A DNA stretch of 44,151 bases from an uncultured Selenomonadaceae bacterium (lineage in GTDB: Bacteria; Bacillota; Negativicutes; Selenomonadales; Selenomonadaceae), in contig CAMCDL010000001.1 of assembly GCA_945873565.1 (NCBI GenBank), forward strand, positions 1 through 44,151. The letters run 5' to 3'. The notes beneath the pieces are model-generated. The model was not told where the DNA came from. It did not search any database and saw only the letters and a list, made by a program, of their open reading frames with translations. Within the stretch, counting starts at the first letter, position 1. Each line of letters opens with the position of its first letter. Made by a program: the position numbers and the translations under genes. Below, in pieces: positions 35,945-43,650 of this stretch.

Positions 35945-36522
35945 AAAAACCAAATGCTTACAACGAAACTCAGGCGGGCGGCGGCTATATCCCTGTAGCT
36001 ATTGGCGGCCATTATGCAATTATCAAGAGAGCGGAGGAGCGTCAGGACAAAAACGGCCGTGACATGGTTGTTGTTGCTATTGATTTCGACCAGCAGGATG
36101 CTCAGGCGGGATATATGGCCACATCCTTTGCTAATGATGTTCGCCCTAACAAGAAGTGGCCAAATTCTGGCATGAAATATATATCCGTGCTGGGCTGGCA
36201 GTCCTCTGACTGCAGCAAGGATTTCAAGGGCTTCTGTGAAGCTGTTGAAAAGTCTAACAAGGGCTTCACCATCAATTGGGAAGCCAAGGACTGGTGTGCT
36301 CAGTTTGCCAATAAGAAGGTTGGCGTTGTTTATGGAAATGTCGAATCCGAGTACAACGGAAAGACCAGCATCCGCCCAGAAATCCGCTGGTTCTGTCCTT
36401 ATGATAAGGTGGCCGAAGCAGTCGTTCCAAGAGACAAGCTGCTCAATAAACAGGTTTCTGATGTCAATCATATGCCTGCAGGACCAGCATCCGCGCCAGT
36501 CGATGATGATTGCCCATTCTAA
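35941..36522 (+). CDS. DUF669-family protein (putative ssDNA-binding)
   Basis: 193 aa. The N-terminus GGYIPVAIGGHYAIIKRAEERQDKNGRDMVVVAIDFD and the gene position match DUF669 from memory. Confidence 0.55.
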   Translation: MKKPNAYNETQAGGGYIPVAIGGHYAIIKRAEERQDKNGRDMVVVAIDFDQQDAQAGYMATSFANDVRPNKKWPNSGMKYISVLGWQSSDCSKDFKGFCEAVEKSNKGFTINWEAKDWCAQFANKKVGVVYGNVESEYNGKTSIRPEIRWFCPYDKVAEAVVPRDKLLNKQVSDVNHMPAGPASAPVDDDCPF

Positions 36523-36525
36523 GCC

Positions 36526-37038
36526 ATGGAGATTATTGTAGACACACGCGAACACAAGGCCGAGGCCGAGCGTATCCAGAAACAGCTGGATGCTCTCGGT
36601 CATAAGACCTTCAGATCCAAATTATTCGTTGGCGACTACCAAAGCCTTGATAATGCCAGGCTGGTTGTTGACCGCAAAAAGGATTTGCAGGAGCTTTGCG
36701 GCAATGTCTGCCAGCAGCATGAGCGGTTCCGTAATGAATTGCTGAGAGCTGAGGAAGCAGGCATTCAGATTATCGTGCTGGTGGAGCATGGAAGGGCCAT
36801 CAAGACCTTGACAGATGTCTTCTTCTGGGATAATCCGAGGAGCAAAAAGACGGTTATAAAGATGGTGGATGGACACCCTCAGCGGGTACCATGCTATCCC
36901 AAAGCCATCAGCGGCGAAACGTTATACAAGACCTTGGAGACTTTATCAAGGCGCTACAAGGTAAGATTTGAATTCTGCACCAAATCTGAAACAGGTAAAC
37001 GGATTGCAGAATTGCTGGGCGGTGAATCTGATGGGTGA
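36526..37038 (+). CDS. ERCC4/XPF-Mus81-type nuclease
   Basis: 170 aa. It reads IIVDTREH ... VGDY ... LVVDRKKDLQELCGNV, the GDxn-(E/D)RKxxxD signature. Confidence 0.7.
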   Translation: MEIIVDTREHKAEAERIQKQLDALGHKTFRSKLFVGDYQSLDNARLVVDRKKDLQELCGNVCQQHERFRNELLRAEEAGIQIIVLVEHGRAIKTLTDVFFWDNPRSKKTVIKMVDGHPQRVPCYPKAISGETLYKTLETLSRRYKVRFEFCTKSETGKRIAELLGGESDG

Positions 37039-37558
37039 TAAAAGAAAAGGATATATATCTGTCTGGCGTTGCATTCAGGACAGCGCCATCTGGAAAACTG
37101 ATGACCCATTCGACATCAGGTCGGCCTTCATAGATTTGATGCTTTCGGCTAATCATGTTGACACAGAAATCATTGTGAACAGGCAGCCATTATTGGTGAG
37201 AAGGGGACAAAAATTTACCAGTGTAAGAAAAATGGCTGAGACATGGAAGTGGTCAAAAGAGCGAGTTGCTAGATATTTAAAACTGCTAAAAAAGTTAGGA
37301 ATTTTAGAATATGATGCGACACATAACGGGACATTACTAACCCTTATGAATTATGATGTATATCAATTTTGTGATACATCAACGAGTACATCAACGAGTA
37401 CATCAACGAGTACACCCCCAAGGACACCATCGCATACACCAGCGGGACGTGAGCACGCCACAAACAATAATGTAAATAATATAAATAATGTAAATAATGT
37501 AAATAATATAAAAAAAAGGGGGCCGGTCTACAACTCGGAAGGGGAGCTGCTTGAATGA
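37031..37558 (+). CDS. Phage replisome organizer / DnaD-like replication initiator with a low-complexity C-terminal linker
   Basis: 175 aa from ATG 37031. The winged-helix region reads GYISVWRCIQDSAIW...RGQKFTSVRKMAETWKWSKERVARYLKLLKKLGIL. It is followed by (ST)n and (NNV/I)n tracts. Confidence 0.55.
   Translation: MGDKRKGYISVWRCIQDSAIWKTDDPFDIRSAFIDLMLSANHVDTEIIVNRQPLLVRRGQKFTSVRKMAETWKWSKERVARYLKLLKKLGILEYDATHNGTLLTLMNYDVYQFCDTSTSTSTSTSTSTPPRTPSHTPAGREHATNNNVNNINNVNNVNNIKKRGPVYNSEGELLE
37375..37517 (+). repeat. Iteron-like 12-bp x3.3 repeats plus AT-rich 9-bp x5 repeats (putative phage ori)
   Basis: TACATCAACGAG is repeated perfectly at 37375, 37387 and 37399, with a partial fourth copy. 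AATAATRTA occurs five times over 37466-37510, then A7. All of this lies inside the organizer gene. Confidence 0.5.
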
Positions 37559-39642
37559 TAAACGAGGAGGAGGTAAGGAAGGCCATTGCACAGGTGATAA
37601 TGCCTGGGCGGATATTTGAGGTCAGGGTGATAAACAAGGATAGCAGTTCGTCTTTCGTGGCCAGTGGGTATTTCCGTGATGTGGATACAATGCTTGAGGC
37701 ATTCAAACAGGCCAATTTCAAAAAAGCTGGTACGAATCTGTATTTCACGATTCAGCCGGTGTGTGATGCATGCGAGGCCATGCAGCAGTTTGGCAAGTTT
37801 ATCTGGAAGGCCAATACCACCACTGATGATAATGTCACAGAATATCGCTGGCTGTTTATTGATTTGGACCCGGAAAGAAATCCGAAGGGAATATCTGCCA
37901 GTGATGCTGAGCTAGCACTGGCATTTGAGCTGGCCAAAAGGATTATTAAATACATGGCCAGCTTAGGATTCAGCCAGCCCATCCGCGCCATCAGCGGAAA
38001 CGGTGCTCATCTCTTGTACAGGATAGCGCTCCAGAACAACGATGAGAACCGCCAGCTGATAAAGAAATGCCTGGAGGCGCTGTCATATCATTTTGATTCT
38101 GATACCTGCAAGGTTGACCGGAGCACGTTTAATCCGTCAAGGATTTGCAAGCTGTATGGTTCCTTGGCTCAGAAAGGGCGGAGCACGGAGGACCGCCCGC
38201 ATAGATATAGCAGGATAATTGGAGACGGCTCTGCAGGCGAGGTGAATAAACGGTCTGTTCTGGAAGCGCTGGTGGCCACAATGCCGGTCATGGACGAAGC
38301 TCCAGCAGTTCCGAGCTCATATAACCAGTTCAATGCTAGCAAATTTTCGCTAGAGGAGTTTTTGGACAAGCATTCAATTGGCTACAGGAAGGAGAAGTGG
38401 GGCACAGCTGATAAGTTCATTCTACAGCAATGCCCGTTCAATCCGGAGCATAACAAAAAGGACGCCTCTATCATCAGAGGCGCCAATGGGGCGATAGGCT
38501 TCAGGTGCTTTCACAGCTCCTGCGCTGATAAGACATGGCGCGATGTCCGGCTGCTGTTTGAGCCGGATGCATATCAGAGGCGGCAGCAGGAGGTTGACCG
38601 ACGAATTGAGGAAGGATGGAAAAGACATAACCGTGACAAGGTGCCAGAGGGCGATGAGGCTCGCTGGTTGACGATAGAATCAATTATGGCCCGCAATGAC
38701 CCTGAGCCTGAATATATCAGGACTGGGGTCGATGGCATAGATAATGCCATACGCGGGCTGATGAAAGGCGGGTTATCTGTTTTGAGCGGGCTCAGAGGAG
38801 CAGCCAAATCAACAGTGCTGAGTCAGATCATGCTCAATGCTGTTGATCAGGGCCATCGGGTGCTCTGCTATTCCGGTGAGCTCAGCCCGCAGAATTTTTT
38901 GAAATGGATACTCAGGCAGGCGGCTGGCAAGGCTCATGTAATCAAGCCTAACAACAAGGTTGATGATTGGGTTGTGGAAGACAGCTGCAAGCCGGCAATA
39001 GGGGCATGGCTTGGCGACAAGCTTAAGCTTTTCAACAACTATTACGGCAATGACTTCTTTGCTCGCATCTGCCCATGGCTGGATGATGAGCTTATGACCA
39101 GCCGGGCCGATATGGTGGTGCTGGATAATCTCATGGCTCTGAACATTGGCAATGAGCGTGATTATCTGGAAACCCAGACAGAATTTGTCCGTCAGCTGAA
39201 GATGCTGGCAATAAAGCATAATGTCCATGTCTGCTATGTGGCTCATCCGCGCAAGACAGCAGGGTATCTGAGATTATCGGATATATCTGGCTCAGGAAAT
39301 CTTACCAACATGGTTGATACCGCCCTGATAATCCACCGCAACAACAAGGATTATCAGACATCTGTAGGAGGGTATTACAAGCTGGAGGATGCCTATGTTG
39401 AAAAGCATACCGAGGGCGGATTTGGAAAAGAAAAGGAAGTGACATATACGGCCCTGTGCGATAACGTTATTGAAATCTGCAAGGACCGCGAATCTGGAAA
39501 CGTGGATAAATTAATTCCTCTGTGGTTTGAAAAGACTGCAAAGCGCTTTCTGAACACAGCCAATGAGCACGTAGCTTATGGGTGGGAAAGCGCATGGAGC
39601 GGGTATAATGCTGAAAACGATACTGATGAATTGGGGTGGTGA
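37555..39642 (+). CDS. Fused primase-helicase: AEP prim-pol domain, zinc motif and DnaB/RepA-like ATPase
   Basis: 695 aa. The AEP motifs are LFIDLDP and SGNGAHLLY. The Cys/His cluster is CPFNPEH...FRCFHSSC. The Walker A motif is GLRGAAKST and the Walker B motif is MVVLDNLM. Confidence 0.8.
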   Translation: MINEEEVRKAIAQVIMPGRIFEVRVINKDSSSSFVASGYFRDVDTMLEAFKQANFKKAGTNLYFTIQPVCDACEAMQQFGKFIWKANTTTDDNVTEYRWLFIDLDPERNPKGISASDAELALAFELAKRIIKYMASLGFSQPIRAISGNGAHLLYRIALQNNDENRQLIKKCLEALSYHFDSDTCKVDRSTFNPSRICKLYGSLAQKGRSTEDRPHRYSRIIGDGSAGEVNKRSVLEALVATMPVMDEAPAVPSSYNQFNASKFSLEEFLDKHSIGYRKEKWGTADKFILQQCPFNPEHNKKDASIIRGANGAIGFRCFHSSCADKTWRDVRLLFEPDAYQRRQQEVDRRIEEGWKRHNRDKVPEGDEARWLTIESIMARNDPEPEYIRTGVDGIDNAIRGLMKGGLSVLSGLRGAAKSTVLSQIMLNAVDQGHRVLCYSGELSPQNFLKWILRQAAGKAHVIKPNNKVDDWVVEDSCKPAIGAWLGDKLKLFNNYYGNDFFARICPWLDDELMTSRADMVVLDNLMALNIGNERDYLETQTEFVRQLKMLAIKHNVHVCYVAHPRKTAGYLRLSDISGSGNLTNMVDTALIIHRNNKDYQTSVGGYYKLEDAYVEKHTEGGFGKEKEVTYTALCDNVIEICKDRESGNVDKLIPLWFEKTAKRFLNTANEHVAYGWESAWSGYNAENDTDELGW

Positions 39643-39643
39643 T

Positions 39644-40027
39644 ATGGCTACGCTTCGAGAGACATTCCTGAGAATTTATTACCGCATGATGGAGGGCATG
39701 GCAAAGCAGTTCGGCGGGGCTTTCGAGATTAAAGACGGCTGGATAGACTGCTATGCTGAATGGCATCCAGAAGACAGCCAGCTCTGGAGCGAGCTCTGGA
39801 GTATGACCATTAATCTGCCAGGCGAGGATGCACTGGAGCTGAGCCGAGGGGTGATGATGGCGCGCATGGGCGGGGCCGTGCTCATGAAGTCAGAGAGATA
39901 TAACTACATGATTCGCCCTGACTATGACAACGAGCATTGTATCTGGGACAAGGAAAGCTATCGAGAGATACAGGAGATTTTCAAGGCTAATGAAATCGAT
40001 TTGCTGGCGTGCTTGAGGAGGCTTTGA
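39644..40027 (+). CDS. Hypothetical protein
   Basis: 127 aa from ATG 39644, which lies 1 nt after the primase-helicase stop. Confidence 0.5.
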   Translation: MATLRETFLRIYYRMMEGMAKQFGGAFEIKDGWIDCYAEWHPEDSQLWSELWSMTINLPGEDALELSRGVMMARMGGAVLMKSERYNYMIRPDYDNEHCIWDKESYREIQEIFKANEIDLLACLRRL

Positions 40028-40257
40028 TGATTAGCAATAAATATAAAAACAGCGAAGGGTATACAGATATGACCGCCCAGCTTGTGCTGAACAGTATAAT
40101 GCGAGAGAAGGAAGATGAGGATATTCTGGCTCATGCCGATAGCAGGCGTATGCGGTATCTGATTAAGGGCGTAAAGGCCCTGGCTGAAAGCTTCGGTTTT
40201 GAGGTCGAGGGTCGAATAATGCTGAGAAACAAGAGAACGGGCAAGATATATTGCTGA
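40027..40257 (+). CDS. Small hypothetical phage protein
   Basis: 76 aa from ATG 40027 after GAGGAGG. The N-terminal NSEGYTDMTA motif recurs in Bacillota prophages, from memory. Confidence 0.5.
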   Translation: MISNKYKNSEGYTDMTAQLVLNSIMREKEDEDILAHADSRRMRYLIKGVKALAESFGFEVEGRIMLRNKRTGKIYC

Positions 40258-40268
40258 GGAGTAAAAAG

Positions 40269-40553
40269 ATGATTGATAAATTACATTTCCCTATGCCATG
40301 CCGTCGCGATAGCAAGATGGAGTATGAAGCGGATGATGACAAGCAGTGGATTGCAAAGATTAACGAAGAAGTGGCCGAGGTTATACGCGCCGCCTATTTG
40401 GGCGATGGCTATGAGCTGGCTCTGGAGCTTCAGGATGTAATTACAGTGTGCACCAGCTGGCAGGCGGCGTTAGGTTTTGACTTTGGTGGCCGTCAGAAGG
40501 TTTGCGCGGAAGTGAATGATAAAAACCGCCGTCGCGGGTATCTGGGGGAATAA
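40269..40553 (+). CDS. MazG-like nucleotide pyrophosphohydrolase domain protein (tentative)
   Basis: 94 aa from ATG 40269 after GAGGAG. It has the EEVAEV...ELALELQDV pattern (EExxE...ExxD). Confidence 0.4.
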   Translation: MIDKLHFPMPCRRDSKMEYEADDDKQWIAKINEEVAEVIRAAYLGDGYELALELQDVITVCTSWQAALGFDFGGRQKVCAEVNDKNRRRGYLGE

Positions 40554-40555
40554 GC

Positions 40556-41272
40556 ATGGGAAGCTTTGCGAGGAAGCTTGGCAAGAAAAAACCAGTTGCA
40601 AGTCTTTTTGATAAGGCTCGCAAAAAAGCAAATTCACTCGATAAAGAGACATCATACTACGTTGAGGGGATGAGAGAAAAATTAAATCATGCCCTGACTT
40701 TCACGACCATGATTCATTTACAGTTTATTCTGTATCATGAGTGGGGATTTGGGGCTCGCAGATTCAAACGGCTTAATGACCGCATCCAGCTTTATAACGA
40801 TTGTCTCTGTGATAATCTGGTTGACTATCCAAGCATGAAAGAGATTATGATCAAGAGCGACGAGATGGAGCAGTACGGACCTACTCCCAAGCATAAGCGG
40901 GCCATCGGGCTGGGCTGGAAGGACTATAAGCCTCATGATACAGTGGAAGACCTTACAATAGCGCAGACTGGTGTTGTTAAGATTGGTGAGCTTAAACAGC
41001 TTATAATTCTGAACAAGAAAAGAAAGGTTGTGGAAATGTACTATCAGGCGCTGGAGGTCCTGATAATTACAGCCTTGCAGGATGAATTTGACTGGGGCAA
41101 GGGAAGGATATCAAAGCTGATAGATATTCTTAGACGTGCCAGAAAAACATGGGATATCGTCAGGTTTAAATACGTTCTGAACGTTCTGATGAACCGCGGG
41201 GTGGTGTATCAGAACGCAAGAGATAAGGCTGAGTTTATGAATGCCAGAATGGCTATGGAGGGATTAATGTGA
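40556..41272 (+). CDS. Hypothetical protein with an internal duplication
   Basis: 238 aa. Two related segments are ILYHEWGFGARRFKRLNDRIQ and ALQDEFDWGKGRISKLIDILR. Confidence 0.55.
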   Translation: MGSFARKLGKKKPVASLFDKARKKANSLDKETSYYVEGMREKLNHALTFTTMIHLQFILYHEWGFGARRFKRLNDRIQLYNDCLCDNLVDYPSMKEIMIKSDEMEQYGPTPKHKRAIGLGWKDYKPHDTVEDLTIAQTGVVKIGELKQLIILNKKRKVVEMYYQALEVLIITALQDEFDWGKGRISKLIDILRRARKTWDIVRFKYVLNVLMNRGVVYQNARDKAEFMNARMAMEGLM

Positions 41273-41607
41273 AACTGATATGGAGCGAGACAGCCCAGAA
41301 CCAATGGGACGGGGGTAGAATAATCAAGCCGCCTATGTGATTAAGAGCATCTTAATTGATGTATAGTATTTGTGTAACCTCAACTTTTACTATTTTTGAG
41401 GTTAGATATTTATAACACATCAATTTCGACCTATTGGGCGTTTCGAGGATAATGGGCGTGGCTTTTACGTATTGAGGATACCGAGCACATGGGAGATGGA
41501 GCTTGTGGAGTAAACGGATTTGCTACCGGCATTAATGTCGGTAGCAAAATTATCTTGATTTTTTGCTCAATCTTCAGAATTCATATACTGCGGGAGGTAA
41601 GCGAGAT

Positions 41608-42339
41608 ATGGAAATGGAAAAAGAAAACCTGGATGAAATTTTAGAAAATCATGTTAGATGGTTAAATGGAGACGACGGGAAGCGTGCTAACCTACGTGGA
41701 GCTAATCTACGTGGAGCTAAGCTATTTGGAGCTGACCTACGTGGAGCTGACTTAGGGAAAGCTAACCTAGTTAAAGCTAGCCTAAGGGGAACTGACCTAG
41801 TGGGAGCTAACTTAGCTGGGGCCAGCCTAATTGAAGCTGACCTAAATAAAGCTAACTTAGTAGGAACTGACCTAAATAAAGCTAACTTAGTAGGAGCTAA
41901 CTTAGTAAGAGCTGACTTAGAGACGGCTGACCTACGTGGAGCTGACCTACGTGGAGCTAAGCTATTTGGAGCTGACCTACGTGGAGCTGACCTACGTGGA
42001 GCTAATCTACGTGGAGCTAAGCTATTTGGAGCTGACCTACGTGGAGCTAACCTAGGGAGTGCCGACCTAAGGAGTGCTCTCCTGCCGTCAGGCGTATATC
42101 AAATTGTAGGAGCAGGTTCCCACAATCGTTGCACAACGTATGACAGTATCAACGACCTAGTTATATGTGGCTGTTGGAGTGATGGTGAAGGAAATCACAT
42201 CGACTCATTCACGAAAAGAATTGAAGAAATATATGGGGCAAACGGGGAAGCACCTAACTTAGTATACTATACAGAATATATGTCAGCGGTTGCCTTTTTT
42301 AAGGCTATGAAGGAGTTAGGATATGATAAAAGAAAGTAA
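41608..42339 (+). CDS. Pentapeptide-repeat protein (26 tandem repeats) with a C-terminal globular domain
   Basis: 243 aa from ATG 41608 after GGGAGG. Positions 41686-42075 hold 26 in-register 15-nt units encoding A(N/D)LxG-type pentapeptides. The N-terminal HVRWLNG motif is typical of the family. Confidence 0.9.
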   Translation: MEMEKENLDEILENHVRWLNGDDGKRANLRGANLRGAKLFGADLRGADLGKANLVKASLRGTDLVGANLAGASLIEADLNKANLVGTDLNKANLVGANLVRADLETADLRGADLRGAKLFGADLRGADLRGANLRGAKLFGADLRGANLGSADLRSALLPSGVYQIVGAGSHNRCTTYDSINDLVICGCWSDGEGNHIDSFTKRIEEIYGANGEAPNLVYYTEYMSAVAFFKAMKELGYDKRK

Positions 42340-42658
42340 ATTAACCCTTAAATATGCTATGGAATTATCAAGGCTTATATTAGAGAACCCACAAATGAGG
42401 GTGGTTATGTGGATAAAATCAGATGGAATCAGCGATGAGTATTCCAGCTGGTGTGGTGAATTAGGAAAACCAGAAATTAAAGAAATCACCATGGATGCAA
42501 ATAAAGATCATTGGCTAGAGCGTGAATACGACAGCTACGAAGATTGCTACCAAGTATACGGAGATGAAACCGATGACTGGAACGACGAGGAAATCGAGCG
42601 AAAGGCAAGAGAAATCGAATGGGAAAAAGTAATTGCTGTAAATGTTAGTGCAGTCTAG
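42323..42658 (+). CDS. Acidic hypothetical protein
   Basis: 111 aa. It overlaps the pentapeptide gene by 17 nt. The C-terminal half is rich in D/E/W/Y (YDSYEDCYQVYGDETDDWNDEEIERKAREIEWE). Confidence 0.55.
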   Translation: MIKESKLTLKYAMELSRLILENPQMRVVMWIKSDGISDEYSSWCGELGKPEIKEITMDANKDHWLEREYDSYEDCYQVYGDETDDWNDEEIERKAREIEWEKVIAVNVSAV

Positions 42659-42669
42659 GAGGAAGTAAA

Positions 42670-42834
42670 ATGAAAATATTTGTAGAGCCGAAGAAGCTAC
42701 CCTCAAAGATAACCAAGCTGGAATTTGTTAGCCTGGTAAGCGACATGGGGGGAAGAATGGAGCGAGGTAACAAGAGATTACACAGAATATATGTCAGCGA
42801 TTGACTTTTCAAGGCAATGGAGGAGTTGAGGTAT
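42670..42834 (+). pseudogene. Degenerate, frameshifted copy of the 3' end of a pentapeptide-protein paralog
   Basis: Positions 42782-42834 are roughly 80% identical by eye to 42271-42324. The other frame encodes YTEYMSAIDFSRQW, against YTEYMSAVAFFKAM in the intact gene. A G6 run lies at 42747-42752. An RBS-led 44-codon ORF (42670-42804) sits at the 5' side. Confidence 0.5.
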
Positions 42835-42863
42835 CGATTTTATGATAATGGAGGCGAAGGCTT

Positions 42864-43118
42864 ATGACCGATGAGGCGGTTAATGCTTTAAGGCATGCAA
42901 TTATCAAACAAATGATGTTTGACCTGAAGGCAGCTTACAGGCGACTGAAGCTTTATCATACCCTAAAGGCGCGGTCTATAGTCTATCATGAGGAGCGCGT
43001 TATCAGGTCAAGCTGGTTCGCTTTGCTGTCCGGTAACGTGGCTCCGAAAAAAGTTATTGCTTACTGGCGCGGACATTATGGCATAACAGACGATGATTTT
43101 GTTATTGAGGAGGACTAA
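42864..43118 (+). CDS. Hypothetical protein
   Basis: 84 aa, preceded by a GGAGG RBS. Confidence 0.5.
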   Translation: MTDEAVNALRHAIIKQMMFDLKAAYRRLKLYHTLKARSIVYHEERVIRSSWFALLSGNVAPKKVIAYWRGHYGITDDDFVIEED

Positions 43119-43119
43119 A

Positions 43120-43539
43120 ATGCAGAAACTGAAAGCCTGGCTTAGCGAGGCGTATTACATCGACCAGGAGATATCCGACAAGCTGATGCAGATTAATTAC
43201 CTGCGTGAGCGGTTAACCAACATTACGGCGTCTCTGTCTGATATTCCCGGTGCTCCTATCAAGACGAATGATGTGTTTGCTGGCGCAATCAGCAAGATTG
43301 TTGAGCTGGAGAGGGAGATAGGCAGGGAGGTTGAAGGCTTGCTGGCGGCCAGAAACGAGATAAGCAGCCTGATTGACCAGCTGGAGAACAGGGAATACCG
43401 TCTGGTACTCAATAAGCGCCATGTGCTAGGCTGGCATTGGAATGATATTGCTACCGAAATGGGATGTACCAAAAGACATGCATTCAGAATTTATGATGAA
43501 GCCATTCGCAAATTGTACGAAATTCAGAAAAAATCTTAA
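43120..43539 (+). CDS. Sigma-70 region-4-like phage late transcription regulator (DUF1492/ArpU/RinA-like)
   Basis: 139 aa from ATG 43120. The C-terminal segment EYRLVLNKRHVLGWHWNDIATEMGCTKRHAFRIYDEAIRKL resembles sigma region 4. It sits just upstream of terS. Confidence 0.65.
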   Translation: MQKLKAWLSEAYYIDQEISDKLMQINYLRERLTNITASLSDIPGAPIKTNDVFAGAISKIVELEREIGREVEGLLAARNEISSLIDQLENREYRLVLNKRHVLGWHWNDIATEMGCTKRHAFRIYDEAIRKLYEIQKKS

Positions 43540-43550
43540 ATTTTTTTTAA

Positions 43551-43590
43551 AAATGTCACTAAATGTCACTAAATGTCATTGAATGTCACT
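43551..43590 (+). repeat. Four tandem 10-bp repeats, AAATGTCACT consensus
   Basis: The copies are AAATGTCACT, AAATGTCACT, AAATGTCATT and GAATGTCACT, at exactly 10-bp phasing. They abut TTGACT (43592-43597) and an extended -10 element, TGTTAGAAT (43606-43614). Confidence 0.8.
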
Positions 43591-43620
43591 CTTGACTTGT
43601 GATATTGTTAGAATCGGAAT

Positions 43621-43650
43621 AAGGCTGCTGAACAGGCAGTCTTTTTTCTT
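43621..43650 (+). terminator. Hairpin plus U tract just downstream of the putative late promoter
   Basis: AAGGCTGC (43621-43628) pairs with GCAGTCTT (43636-43643), including one G-U pair, around a 7-nt loop. TTTTCTTT follows. Confidence 0.5.

Noticed and set aside
35896-36603. 235-aa minus-strand ORF covering the DUF669 gene
   Set aside because: It is antisense to a recognisable, well-coupled phage gene. It has no RBS and an odd composition, so it is a shadow ORF.
41686-42075. Regular 15-nt tandem repeats that might suggest a CRISPR-like or satellite array
   Set aside because: The repeats are contiguous with no spacers. They are in frame and encode canonical pentapeptide repeats within a normal gene.
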